A DNA stretch of 56,138 nt, filler included, from Diploschistes diacapsis (lineage: Eukaryota), in assembly GCA_023645945.1 (NCBI GenBank). It is 5 parts of 5 records of this genome, joined end to end, with 100 filler letters (N's around TTAATTAATTAA, not from the genome) between each part and the next. Parts side by side here need not be neighbours in the genome. Positions count along the whole stretch, not along the records: positions 22,548 to 33,693 come from JALAIB010000856.1; positions 33,794 to 44,920 come from JALAIB010000857.1; 3 more parts are not named here. One strand, given 5' to 3'. The stretch's first letter is position 1. Every line of letters begins with the position of its first letter. Positions 25,823 to 38,150 of this stretch are shown here, piece after piece. The translations under genes were made by a program, and so were the position numbers. A model generated the notes under the pieces. The model had not been told where the DNA came from. It saw only the letters and a list, made by a program, of their open reading frames with translations, and did no database searches.

Positions 25823-26853
25823 GACGCATGAGTTGGCCTTTTGAACCTCAGAATTTTCATCTGTGCGTTCAGGAAAACAATCCTGCTCAAACTTTTCCAA
25901 GTTATACTGCCAACGCAATGGGCGTCGTAGTATGTCTTCCTGCCGTCAGAAATCTCATATTAGCAAGGTGTCCAGTATCCTGGTTTGCGTTAGGGGGACT
26001 TTAAGATGGATAAGCATATCTGCAGTCTAGAAACAACCGTTTACGCCCGAATTAATTCTGCAATTAGCCACATAGAGAAGATCCAGGATGACTTGAAACA
26101 GTATTATTATCATGGTGAAAAAGAAGAACAAAACTGTCGAAAAGCGCACGGGGCCGAAAGAGGTTAGTGTCTTGGCAAATCGCTTTGCGCAAGTTGTAGC
26201 CTTATAAGGCTGAGTGTCTTCCTCCAAATTCTCTCCTTTCCTCAATCAATCAATCTTCCTCCTGCAATCAACCTCAGTCAATGAGCTTTTTCACCTTTTG
26301 ACATCGGAAACGAGTCACTCCTTTCACACTCTCCAAGTATCTTCCCCATCTGAGAAGATTGCTTCTGTTTTGTCATCCGAAACGCGTAGCGGTTGAAAAG
26401 GTGAAGGCCTCCTGCTGCTGTCCTTGGGTTAGGGTTGGAAGGGGGAAGGTGATCCTGAAAGATCTTCTCCCTCATTTTCGGCGTTCCTCAGCATTTGCCG
26501 TCACATCTCAAGCACACCCTCCACTCTGCCTTTATCCCGTCTCCTGCCTCCCATCACAAGATTCCCAAGATACTCCCACCGCAGCCAAGGACTCTTCCAT
26601 CTCTTGGTTCTCGCAGCACTGTTCCTCGTCACCAACACCTTCTTTACGTCCTCTTCAAGTCCTTCACAATCACTGCACTTCGCTATCACCGAGCATCATC
26701 CGCATTTGTTCCGAGAACTACACGAGCACGCTATTCACCCAAGCACCCCCGGTGTAAATAGTGGAACAATCAAGAGACAGCTTTTCAAGACTACTCCTGC
26801 AAATAATTCTACGTGCTTACAATCGAGAAAAGAAATTGACAAACAGCCAAAGT

Positions 26854-28429
26854 ATGTCTGCATCGCCTTCGAGCAACATGGTCTCTTCTTCCAAGCGACC
26901 ACTGGAGGATGAGTCTTCGGCTACTGGGCCAGACGAACAGCCCGATGCCAAGCGACCAGCCCTTGACAAGAACATGAAATCGGAGGACGACGAAGAGAAG
27001 CCTGTGGCTGAGGTTCAGGAACCCTCAGCTAGTGTTCTTGCAGATATCAAGACTGATGCTGAAACATCGTTAACTAATGGCCATACTGATGCCAGTGGTG
27101 ATACAGTGGTCCCTGACGCTCCAAATGGGGCGACAAGTGCTGCCGTCCCTATCGTTCAAGACACTCAGCCGATTCAGTCCACAGCGGAACAACATGACCG
27201 CGGCGCGCGTGGCGCGAGTGTGCAGCACCAACCGCAGCAAGATGAAACAGGCTGGTTGCACGTCCGTGCCGTCATTTCATCTGCCGAAGCAGCAACTGTT
27301 ATCGGAAAGGGAGGCGAAAACGTATCCCAAATTCGACGTCTGTCTGGAGCCAAATGCACCGTTAGTGACTACTCTAGAGGTGCTGTAGAGAGAATATTGA
27401 CGGTAAGCGGGTTGGTCGATGCAGCTGCGAAGGTAAGATGACTTTGTTTGAGGGCTAGTCTTTTGCTAAGAAAACAGGCATTTGGTCTCATCATTCGTAC
27501 ATTGAATAACGAGCCCATGGAAGCTCCTTCCACGCCCCAGTCCAAAACTTATCCCCTTCGCTTACTGGTCCCGCATATATTGATCGGCTCAATCATTGGG
27601 AAACAAGGGGTGAGAATTCGAGAGATACAGGACGCTTCTGGTGCTCGTCTGAATGCATCTGATTCAACTCTTCCCCTCTCTACGGAGAGATCGCTTGTCG
27701 TTCTTGGCGTTGCTGACGCCGTACACATAGCCACTTACTATGTAGGCCAGACGCTGGTGGAACAGCTAACGGAAAGGTTCGGTGGGCCCGCTGCGTCTGC
27801 ATATGCTACGCGAAGCGGAGGCCCTGCTGGTGTTGTTCCTGGAGGAATGCAGGTCGTTCCGTACGTTCCGCAGCCTGCCGGTGGACAGTATGGCCATCCG
27901 GATAATTACCGGCGCCACAATAATCAGGGACAAAGGACACCTGCAAACCCATATGGTATACCATATATGCATGGGCAACCGCCACAGCAGCAGCAACAGC
28001 AGCAGCCACAACAACAGGCTGTTCACTACGGAGGAGCGCAACAACCTGCTTACTCGGGAGCCGGCCCCCATCAACCTCAGCAACATGGGGCGCCACAGAG
28101 TCATGCTGGACCACCTCAGCAGCCTATGCAGGGCATGGTTCCGGGCCAGCCTTTGACGCAGCAGATATTCATTCCGAACGATATGGTCGGAGCCATCATC
28201 GGCAAGGGTGGCGCCAAGATCAACGAGATCCGGCAACTCAGTGGGAGTGTAATCAAGATCAACGAGCCTCAGGACAACAGCAACGAGCGTCTTGTTACCA
28301 TTACGGGCACACAGGAGTGTAACCAGATGGCTCTCTACATGCTGTACTCCAGACTTGGTACTGTAACCAACCCCCTCTGAGTCGTGGACACTAACGACGG
28401 CAATAGAAAGCGAAAAACATCGAATTTGA
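26854..28429 (+). CDS. Triple KH-domain RNA-binding protein (Rnc1/Pbp2/hnRNP K-like); introns 27433-27477, 28358-28406
   Basis: Three GxxG loops: VIGKGGENV, IIGKQGVRI, IIGKGGAKI; ends ..SRLESEKHRI*. Confidence 0.92.
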
Positions 28430-29283
28430 AAGGTTAGTCATGACAAGTTGTGGTGGTATTCTGAACAAGAGCGAAAGTTCTTTCGGTGGCTATTGCAAGT
28501 AACTGGTAGCTCCATTAAGTAGCATCAGGGCGTTGAATTTCATATTGTTCTCATCCTCGTATTGTGCAATTCAAAGCACCTACGTAAGGGTAGTTGAGTA
28601 AAGATGGAGGTGATTCATCAACAGGTATTGATGGAGCCTATGTCTTGTTGCGTCGCCCTTGTAGCTTGTAAGATACATACAAACTCGCATGCTAATCGGT
28701 TTGATTAAGATGTCCTATTACTAAATCCCACTACCAATGGGGGGAGGGTGACTACGGTCTGGTATAACTCAAATACTCTGCATATATCAGCAAGGCGTGC
28801 AGAGTGTAGTGTTGGCAATAGCGGCGTCAAATGACATGCCCTTGTAGCTGTATACGTATCAGATGGAGACTGTTGCTCTGACGGCACAGCTTCACGACAC
28901 CGTGTTAAAGTTTGCTGTAAATCTTCACCTTTATGTCAACAACATCATTGTAAGCTACGGGCAGTCTTTTTGAAAGCGTCTGATTCTCTTGTGCTTTACC
29001 GAACGAACTCCAAGTCAAGTCATCAAAAGTATGTACAGCATAAAATCCTCACCTAGCATCATGTAGCCTCTAGCCGTTTTGAATCGCTGCATCTAAAGCG
29101 GGTTGTCCCAATCTTCCCATCTACCTATGTGTTGAAGTGTCGTTATGTCCGCCGCTACATGGTTATCATTTACTTACTTTCTTCTTGGAAGGTCCAGCAT
29201 ATCATAATCCGGTAGTGCCAGGATCCCTCTCCTACGGCCGTAACTCCACGTTTCATGCCCAAATTGAAAACATATAGTCAAGC

Positions 29284-32261
29284 ATGTCTGTCTTACGCAC
29301 GAGGAACGGAGACGATGGCCTGCCATCTCTTCCCAAACGCCAGAAAGATGAAGCCGATGAAAAGTCTTTGGGAAAGGGTGGTCAGGGAGCAAGCCAGGCT
29401 GCGTCTCCAGCTCAAGGCCGAACTCGTCGCCGCAATCGAATGATCACCTCCTGTCTGGAGTGTAGAAGGCGCAAGCTGAAATGCGACAAGTCGCATCCAT
29501 GCACCAACTGCAGCAAGTTGAGCAGAGATTGCGTCTTCCTGGCACCATCTCTTGATAGCGCTTCACAGCTGAAGCTCACAGAGATCAAAGAAAAGATGGG
29601 CTCTCTAGAGCGCGTCATTGAGCAGGATGTCGCAAAGAATGGCGCTTGGCGCGAGCCGAGGAAAGCCCAGCAAGCAGGTCAATCAAGCATGGAGGACGAG
29701 ATCGACTTTGCCCCTATACCGGACGATGAGAAGGAGCTAGAGCCAACGCCTTTGGCGGTCGACGATGCTGTCTATGACGAGGATGCTGATGGCGATTTGA
29801 TGGATCTGGGAGTCCGGTTCGGCAAGCTATGGTTGACCGACCGAGTTGGGGGCCTTTTCAGGCCCAAGGTCAGCGAAGAAGTACTGAAGTGTCTCCTTTA
29901 ACCCAAATGATCCTAATGAGTGCTAGATTTCTGTTTCACTAAATGATTCCCGCAACGATCGAAGGACTCCCGAAGAGAAAATCGTATCTTCAGAGCAACC
30001 TGCTCCGAGGATATCGAGACCCGAGGATCCGCTCGCGGTAGGACTGACATACCTGCCTCCGGCAGCAAACTTCTTCTTTTCCTCAACTAGCGTCGGAGCT
30101 TCCTTGATAGGTTATCTCCCTGCCCAGAGCACTGCCGACCACCTCCTCCGGCAGTATTGGCATGCTGTACATCCCATAGCACGCGTAGTACACAGACCAA
30201 GTTTTCAAAGAAGATACAATGCCTTCTGGGAACAGGTCCGCAGGGGTATTGAGCCTGCCGGTTCCCTCCAGGCCATTGTATTTGCGGCAATATTCTCCGC
30301 AGCTGTCAGTCTACCTGAAGAGCGCGTGCTGAATGACTTCGCTGTTTCGAAGAAGGAGTTGGTGGATAATTTTCAACAAGGCGCTGAAACCGCTCTTGGC
30401 CGTGCTAATCTGTTACGGACGACGAAGCTGGAAACGATACAGGCTATGGTGATGTATATGGTATGTGTAATAGCCCATACTCTTTTTTCGTGGTATTCAA
30501 TAAACCTGCCAGATTCCCCTCTGCAGAGATACAATGTCCAGGGCCCATTCAGCCCTTGTCGGTGCGACCATCCGACTTGCGGAATGTATGGGCCTCCATA
30601 GGGATGGGAGCGCTTACGGCATGAGCCCTGTCGAGATTCATGTCCGTCGACTCGTTTGGTACCAAATAGGAATTCTAGATATTCGAACATGCGAAGCGCA
30701 GGGTCCAAGGCCAGGCATCCGCGAGGGCGAATTCGACACGAAGTTTCCCCTCAACGTAGATGACAATGACCTCGAGTCATCCAATCCGCCAATTCGATCC
30801 CGGGATCACTGGACTGATATGACCTTCACGCTCATCCGCATGGAGTGCGTTGAGATGACCCGTGCGATATGGTTCGATCGCCCGAAACTCGAGACCAAAC
30901 AGATGAGCCTCACTGGCCTCCTCGGGAAAATCGAGAACTTTAGGAAGGCTCTGGACGCCAAGTACAGTCACCTGATGGACAAATCAATACCGGTCCAACA
31001 AGCCGCTTCGCTTCTCATGTCCATCTCTGTCAACAGGCTGTACATCACGATCTTGCACAGCTATCACAGTAGTGTAGCTGCTCGCATGCCTGGTAAGCTT
31101 CAAATCTCTACCGCTACTCACCCTCAATTTAACCTTGGTTTTCATGCCTCTTTCCCTTTCCTTAACTACATCAGCTAATCACCCACAGACCGTCTCCGCC
31201 AAATATTCATAACAACAGGCACGGATCTAATCGAGTCCGCCATGCTCTTCGAGACGCTTCCCAGCGTACAGCCCTGGTCCTGGTTTTCCGGCGCCCTCCA
31301 GCAATACCAAACCGCCATCCTCCTCCTCGCCGAAGTCTTCATGTACCCCATGCGCCGCGAAGCAGACCGCATCTGGACCGTCCTCGACTACGTGTTCGAA
31401 GTCCCTCCCAATCTAGGCAGGGATGAAAAGGCCAGGCTGATATTGACGGAAATCAGGGACCGGATGGACGCGTACAGGAACGCGCGGAAGCCAAGGCCGT
31501 CCGTGGCGATGAATCGGAGGGTGGGGCAGGTAGCGCCGAGACTAAAGGGGGACTTTGGACTCTCTTTGGGACGGGCTGATGCTGCTCTCCCCAGAGAATT
31601 GGGAGGACAGACCGACACGAGCGCCGCCTTACCGGACCGCGAATACCTCCACGCCACCGAGGAGCAACAGCCCACCAGGGAACTTTGGTTCCCAGGCCCC
31701 AACGAGACAATGCACGCCCCGGGGCCTATGTTCACGCACGCGCCTGTTCCAGCTAGTGGCTTCATGGGCACGCCCTGGGGTGGTTACATGTCGCTCTCCA
31801 TGCTCTCTGCTCGGGCCACGGCAGCGCCCACGAGTGGAGCCGGGTTCGCGGGCGCCGAGTCTAGCAGTGCCAACGGCGGCGGCGGGGGTGGAGATCAAGA
31901 CGGGTTCAGCAGCAGTGGGGCCAGCGCGGCGGCGACGATGGGCGCGGGGAGCGTGACGGATTGGAGCAGCGTGACGGACGAGCTGATGCCGGATATCGAC
32001 TGGGTATGTACGAACCTGAATCCCAGAACAAGATCCGAAGAAAAACGGGAATCCTTCTCCTCCCCTTTGATTTTAAAGTTTTGGTAAGCGGCAAACTATA
32101 GGAGATCTGTTACTGACTGCTTTATTTCTTCGGGCTTTCAGAACGAATGGGACAAGCTCTTCCCGCCGGACACAAACACGGGCGAACTCAACGTCCCCAT
32201 GTCGTTGTCAGCATCGACAGGGCCAGAAACATTCGGGATGGCGGCCATGCGGGGCTTCTAA
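29284..32261 (+). CDS. Zn(II)2Cys6 transcription factor with fungal-specific TF middle domain, multi-exon
   Basis: CLECRRRKLKCDKSHPCTNC...C; AECMGLHRDG, EIHVRRLVW, PLNVDD; last exon 32142-32261 (DIDW|NEWDKLFPP). Confidence 0.92.
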
Positions 32262-33035
32262 GAAGAGAGATAGGTGGGTAGCTTTCTTTCTCTCTTTCTT
32301 CCTTCCCCCCTTTCATTCCTTCCTTTCATTCTTGTCTTCCGCGTTGGGGCAATCGGCGACTGTACCATTAGCACACGTACCATCCTCACATAACACGTGA
32401 TAATGAATAGCAAGTGCAGCCCCACAGATACAGCTCTTCTATCCTTTTTCCTTTACAGAGAGCTACAGGAGCCCTCCCACAAACTGAGCGAGGGATATTA
32501 GGCCTAAGCATAAAGAGAAAGACGAGCAGGATGCCTCGGAGTTCCAAAGCTGTGCTTTGGGAGGCTAAGGGAGCGGAGGAAAAGAATGTCAATTCTAAAT
32601 GTACATGTATACTAGATAACGAAGACAACCAGCCTGCCTGCCTATCCACTGCAGAGGATGCATGAGAATCCTATATTACGCCATATATCACATGCACTGC
32701 CCGCCACCGGGCACTGCTGCTCTGAACCGTGTTTGTGAAAAAATCCATCCCTTTCTTGCAAAGCAGCTATCACACTCTACCCCCTTTTTTTTTTTTTTTT
32801 TTTTTTTCAAAAGCTGCTTTGAAGGCGGGCGAGATCTCCAGATCAGGCTTGCGCAGAAGGAGGAGCGCGGGATATGCACCCGAATATATATACGGTTTCT
32901 GTTCCACACGCACCGTGTGCCTGCCTGCCTGTTGTAAGGGGGGGTTTTTGGGAACTGACCGGGCGTTCTACTACAGAAAGTCAAACACAGGACAGGGGTA
33001 CAACGTAGTGCGATGCTGTCGCAAGGCTATTCCAT

Positions 33036-33036
<1 letters not shown>

Positions 33037-33066
<30 letters not shown>

Positions 33067-33078
33067 ATTGCCATTGCC
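33037..33078. repeat. (GGAGCC)n followed by (ATTGCC)n hexamer repeats
   Basis: Direct reading. Confidence 0.85.
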
Positions 33079-33272
33079 ATGCATGATCCCTGCGCTCTCT
33101 CTCAGAGTTCCGCCGGCCAAGGCTCCACGAATGCAAATAGATGGATGGCCATTTGCTATCTCTCGTGGTGCATGTCCAATCTCTGCGCCAGAAAAACATT
33201 TTCTTATTACAATAACATACAACGCAACCAACCACACTACTCCTGCGCCTACGCCTACGCCTACGCCTGCGC

Positions 33273-33693
33273 CTAGGCCCCCAAAGGCCGAACACGAGCC
33301 TCCCCCCTCTCGACCAATGCCGCCCTGATCGCGCCCCTGGCCTCCCGCCTCTTCGCCATCCGCTCCGCGTACGCCCTGACCTCTCCCTCCTCCATCTCCC
33401 CCAGCCGCGCGGGCCTGCGCCTGCCGCCGCTCTTCCCCGGACTCCCCCCGGCGTAGGAAGCGTACGAGGACGACGCGATCGAGTTCCCCAGCGGCGTACG
33501 GAACCCGTTCGCGTGCCGCGCTGCGCTCGCACTCGTGCTCGCGCTGCCATCCATCATCACGCTCCCCCGCAGCGATTTCCTTGCGGACGTAGGCGGCGTC
33601 ATGAAATCCGCCGGCGAGCTCGCGCGCGAGGAATAGCGCGCCGGACTCGCGCCCGTTCCTCCGCCCGCCCCGTGCCCGAGCGAAAGCAGCGCC
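33273..33693 (-). CDS. 3' end of an unidentified gene cut by the contig end
   Basis: GC-rich open frame ending ..EVRAYAERMAKRREARGAIRAALVERGEARVRPLGA*, which looks like a helical C-terminus; no family recognised. Confidence 0.5.
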
Positions 33694-33793
33694 NNNNNNN
33701 NNNNNNNNNNNNNNNNNNNNNNNNNNNNNNNNNNNNNTTAATTAATTAANNNNNNNNNNNNNNNNNNNNNNNNNNNNNNNNNNNNNNNNNNNN
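33694..33793. other. Artificial contig spacer
   Basis: Same 100-nt spacer. Confidence 0.99.
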
Positions 33794-34321
33794 AATTAGA
33801 CGGATCGGGAATAATACTAATAATAAAACTTAACGGATCCCGTAAGGTATAAAAGTCTACGCAGTAAGATATCTTCATAGGAGAAGACCTCTAGACTTCA
33901 ATATATCCAATACGTTGCCAAACAGTCCGTGTTAATATCCGAGCCGAGAAATTTTTTATTACGATATCCGTGTCTGTGTATTTATCGAAACATTTTTAAA
34001 TATTTTTTTAATTTTAATGATTTTAGAATTATTACGTCTATTTTTTACGCTTTTATTTTTTTAAAAAAATTATACCGCGGTATTTCAATAAATTTATCGT
34101 AATATTTCGGTAAATTTATTATAATATAATATCCGTGTTAATGTTAATATTTTAAATTTTTTAATTACGGTGTCGGTGTCCGTGGATTTATAGAAATATA
34201 GTATTCATGTTAATGTCCGTGTTTTAAAATTTCAGCTGTAATGTCCGTGTTAATATCCGTGTTTAAAATTTTTTGGCTGTAGTATCCGTGTCAGTGACCG
34301 TGGCACGAAACGGCCAGCCTA
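33794..34321. mobile_element. AT-rich, RIP-like degenerate end of a DNA transposon, probably hAT-type, with subterminal TCCGTG repeats
   Basis: Eight TCCGTG copies in one orientation; terminus reads TAGGCTGGCCGTTTCGTGCC on the minus strand; TpA-rich, CpA/TpG-poor, CpG retained. Confidence 0.6.
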
Positions 34322-34636
34322 GTCCGTTCACTATAAATGTCTGCTTGCTATGCATATACATTATCGATCATTGTTAATAGAATCCATATTAATGCTTTAT
34401 TAGGTTTTAGACCAGTCTAGAACCTCCTAGGACCTTCGGGTCCACTAGTTGCTTAGTCAGACAAACTAACCCATTTAGGTTAATAATCTGACACGCGACG
34501 ACGCTTAAATCCGGCTTGAGCAAAACCGGGCTCCACAACAGGATGACACCATCAAAGAGCAGCCCGCCTCACGGATATACACATCCAGCACAGCAAACCA
34601 ACACCACGACTTTCCTAGCAAAAACATCCCAGCCCG

Positions 34637-35452
34637 ATGCCAGCCCCTCAGCCCCTCCTCCCTCCCCCGCTCGCGTGGCCAATCCTCGATTTCCTCGCCC
34701 CAAGCTGGGCCCGGCCCTCGCAGCGGCTCCTCGTCCTCCAGCGACGCTCGTACGCGTCGTCCGCACCCGCCACCCGGCGCCGCACCTTACACGCAGGAAC
34801 CAGCAGCAGCAGCAGCGGCGACGACGAAACCCACGGCAACAGCCGCGCGGCGCGGCCCGCGCGCACCGCCGCACCCCTAACCAAAGCGCAGCAAGCCTAC
34901 CTCTCCCGTGCGCTGCGCGTCAACCAGGCCGGCGAGCTGGCGGCGACGCTGATCTACGCGCAGCAGACGCCGCCGCTGGTGCGCGCGCACCCGCACCTGC
35001 GGCCCCTGATGCAGCACATGCACGCCCAGGAGGCCGGCCACCTCGAAACCTTCAACGGCCTGCTGGCAAAGCACCGCGTCCGGCCCACGGCGCTCGCGCC
35101 GCTGTGGACCGTTGCCGCCGGCGCGCTGGGATGGGGCACGGCGCTGATGGGCCGGGAGGCGGCCATGGCGTGCACGGAGGCGGTCGAGACGGAGATCGGG
35201 GAGCATTATAATAATCAGGTGCGGGAGCTCTTGGCGTGGAAGAGGGAGAGGGTCGAGAGCGGGGAGGATGCCGGGTTGGGCGAGGAGCTGGAGGAGTTGT
35301 TGGGGGATATTAGGCGGATTAGGGACGAGGAGTTGGAGCATTTGGATCATGCGGTAGGGGAGGACGCGAGGGAGGCGAATGGGTATCCGGTTTTGACGGC
35401 GGTTATTAGGGGGGGGTGTAGGGGGGCTATTTGGTTGAGTGAGAGGGTATGA
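34637..35452 (+). CDS. COQ7: 5-demethoxyubiquinone hydroxylase Coq7/Cat5 (di-iron), mitochondrial
   Basis: LRVNQAGELAA, QEAGH, MACTEAVETEIGEHYNNQ, RDEELEH; ends AIWLSERV. Confidence 0.95.
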   Translation: MPAPQPLLPPPLAWPILDFLAPSWARPSQRLLVLQRRSYASSAPATRRRTLHAGTSSSSSGDDETHGNSRAARPARTAAPLTKAQQAYLSRALRVNQAGELAATLIYAQQTPPLVRAHPHLRPLMQHMHAQEAGHLETFNGLLAKHRVRPTALAPLWTVAAGALGWGTALMGREAAMACTEAVETEIGEHYNNQVRELLAWKRERVESGEDAGLGEELEELLGDIRRIRDEELEHLDHAVGEDAREANGYPVLTAVIRGGCRGAIWLSERV

Positions 35453-35856
35453 GATTTAAAAGGGTGTGGTAGCGAGTTTTTGTCGGACTTTTTTGGACAA
35501 TCGACTGAGTGCGACGGGGCTTTGATGGCATTGAATGGAGATAAAACGCAGATGCTAGGCTTGCAGACAGTAACAGTAGGCCTGCGGCCATATCGTACTT
35601 GCTTGATTAGGATGAATATGCTTATGCTGAGCTGCAATGGCGTGAGCGTCTGGGAAAATATTTTCTCTCCGCTGCCCAGAAACCCGTAGTTCAGGTGACA
35701 AATGCATCCATCTGATGCCTAGAATCCGTCATGTACACATACATAAGATGGAAGGGCCAACGGCGGCGCCCAGCAGGCCGTTGCCTCCTTCCAAATGGGA
35801 CATCATGCACCAAATATGTCGACTCCGCAACGACTCTTTGCAACGGTAGGTATTAT

Positions 35857-38150
35857 TCACAGGTCGTCCTCCAGAAAGCGGTATGCAAACTTGAAGTCGG
35901 CCTTTCGTCGGTTCATCCTACAGAGAGTGCACAATATTAGCAATTGATCATATCTGGCACATGGTAGTAGAATATTGAAGAGGTACGAAGAAGAATGCAG
36001 GTTATGTCCTTGTAGCCCGTATTAGAGACAGGGTCAATACAGCGGCGTTCTCTAGTGTTCGAGTGGGAAGGTAACGATCTACGGCCAGTAGCGTAAACTA
36101 GATCGGCCCGTACTAGTACCCTCTAGCGCGCCCACGATCTCTGCGCAAGAATTCTGATAAGAAAAGAGGTATACTAACCATGTGCTTTCGTAATCGAAGA
36201 AACGATACGTGCCCTGCTCGTACTCTTCTGTGATTGTCTTCGGTTCTTCGTGCCGTTGGAACCAAGTCTGGTACTGCTTATGAAAGCGCCAGCTCTGGCT
36301 CTTCAGCGCCTTCGCCGCCTGATGTTGTTGGTAGGTGTTTTGCCTATAGTAAAATAGAAAAAACAGGGTATCGTTGTCGATGCGCTCGTACAAACTGGGG
36401 TTGTCGAGAATAGGCGCCGGCTCTGTTGGGTAGTGCGATGGGATATCGTACCTGCTGGTAGGGTGGTAAAACCGTGGCTTTTCTACATCGAAGACGTTGG
36501 GGCAAGAGTCATAAGAGATGTTCAAAAGCCGCTGCACTGCTTGCGAGGATGGATCGGTTGGCCGGTTCTTCGTCTCTTCAAAGGCCTCGACGAGGTCGCT
36601 GAGGCATTCAGGAAGGTGGAATATTGATTCTTCTTGATCCTCCACCTTGACGCCATTCGCTTGACCTTGGTTGTGTGATGTCATCGGAGGCGGCGGGGTC
36701 TCTGGTTCCACCTCAACCGGCGACTGTTCTTGCTCCTCTCGAGGTACCTCGAGTGATTGTGCGGACTTCAGCTTCGAGAGGCCGGCAGGTTCCAACGTTT
36801 CTAGCGCAGGTGTCGGTGGTACACTGCTTGATGCCGCATGACTAGTTGTCGGGGACTGGGCTGATGGTGGAGCCGTAGGAGCTGCAGGAGCTGCAGGCGT
36901 AGGGATTGCGGTTTTCTGAGCCGCCACGGGTAAGGAGGGCATTGTATTCGGAGATGTGCTTGCACTTTTTGAGGGTGCAGGTGGTAACGGTGCGAGTGTG
37001 GTTGTGGAAGCTGGTGGAGGAGGCAGAGGGGCGATGCTGGCTTTGTCACTCGATGCAGCTGCTGCGGCCGCAGAGGCGTATTTCAAAGTCTCTCCTGGCG
37101 GTCTTGCCGGTGGTGGTGCGGGTTTCATGATGTTTGACACGGGTATGTTGGTAGTGTTGGCCAATGGATTGTTCAGGGTAGCCAGTGCCGGCAATGCGGG
37201 CTTTCCGCCCATTTGGTTCGAAGGTCGCCGAGCAGATAGTCCAGTCGGTTCAGATGTACTTCCAGATTTCTGCTTTGCGACTGCTTTTGGCACCTCCGTC
37301 GGCTCTAAGTTTTCATCTGCCACTGACTGGGTATCTTGCGATGACACTCTATCGATCTCATTTGCCAAGCCCCATGTAGCTTCTTCCTGATCGAGGTTGA
37401 AATCGTCGTAGATGGAATCATCTTCGACGAACTCTGGTGACTGGTTCTCCTCCACGTAGTATTTGATGCCGTCTTTTACATCGTTGACCTGCTCGATGTC
37501 CACATTGCCGTTCTCTAATGCTCGCAGTAATAGCTCTAACCGGCTCTGGTGCCACTTGTGCTGTTCTGTAAGTCGTGCAATCTCGGCCAGTCGATCGGCC
37601 TTGCCGGTATCTTTCTTCCCTTTCTTTGTCGTTACTGCGAGACCTTCCTCCTCTGCTTCTAACGTCTCTACTTGCCGTTCAAGTTCCTCTACCATTTCGG
37701 AGAGAAACTGGCAACCTTCAGCTTTCTCTTTCTCCTTTGGATCCAACTTTGCGGCAGCCGATAAGCCCTCTTTAGAAAAAGCCTTCGTCTTCATTTCCTT
37801 TTCCACCGCTTTGAATTTCTCCATTTCCTGAGATTAGACGTCAGCCTCATCGACCACATGATGATTCGGTAGGTGCAGGCTTGGAGAAGACAGACATTTT
37901 CGATGGCCTTGCGGTTGTCAAGTAGCGGCTTTTTATCTTTGACGTCGTTGCTAGCCGCCCAGGTTTTCAATTGATCTCGATGCCTCTGTAGCTTCTTGAT
38001 TTGTGTCTTGAGGTTGTCCTCGAGTTTCTCCTTCTGTGCCTGATTCGTCGCCAGATTCAGCTTCTCGTAAGTGCCTTGAAAAGTTGCGATTCCCTCTTGT
38101 ATCTTCTTGATGGTCTTGTCCATCTCTTGCTGGAGCTTTCGTTGCGCCAT
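35857..38150 (-). CDS. NOT3: CCR4-NOT complex subunit Not3/Not5; introns 37828-37895 and 35918-36178
   Basis: [25 protein letters not shown]-terminal domain; NOT box [36 protein letters not shown], spliced to [19 protein letters not shown]. Confidence 0.94.

Noticed and set aside
29284..32261. Zn2Cys6 TF as regulator of a secondary-metabolite cluster
   Set aside because: No PKS, NRPS, terpene synthase or tailoring genes on this contig; its neighbours are housekeeping genes.
33900..34300. TCCGTG array as a CRISPR-like or telomeric repeat
   Set aside because: The units are short and irregularly spaced, the context is eukaryotic and there is no TTAGGG; it fits transposon subterminal repeats better.
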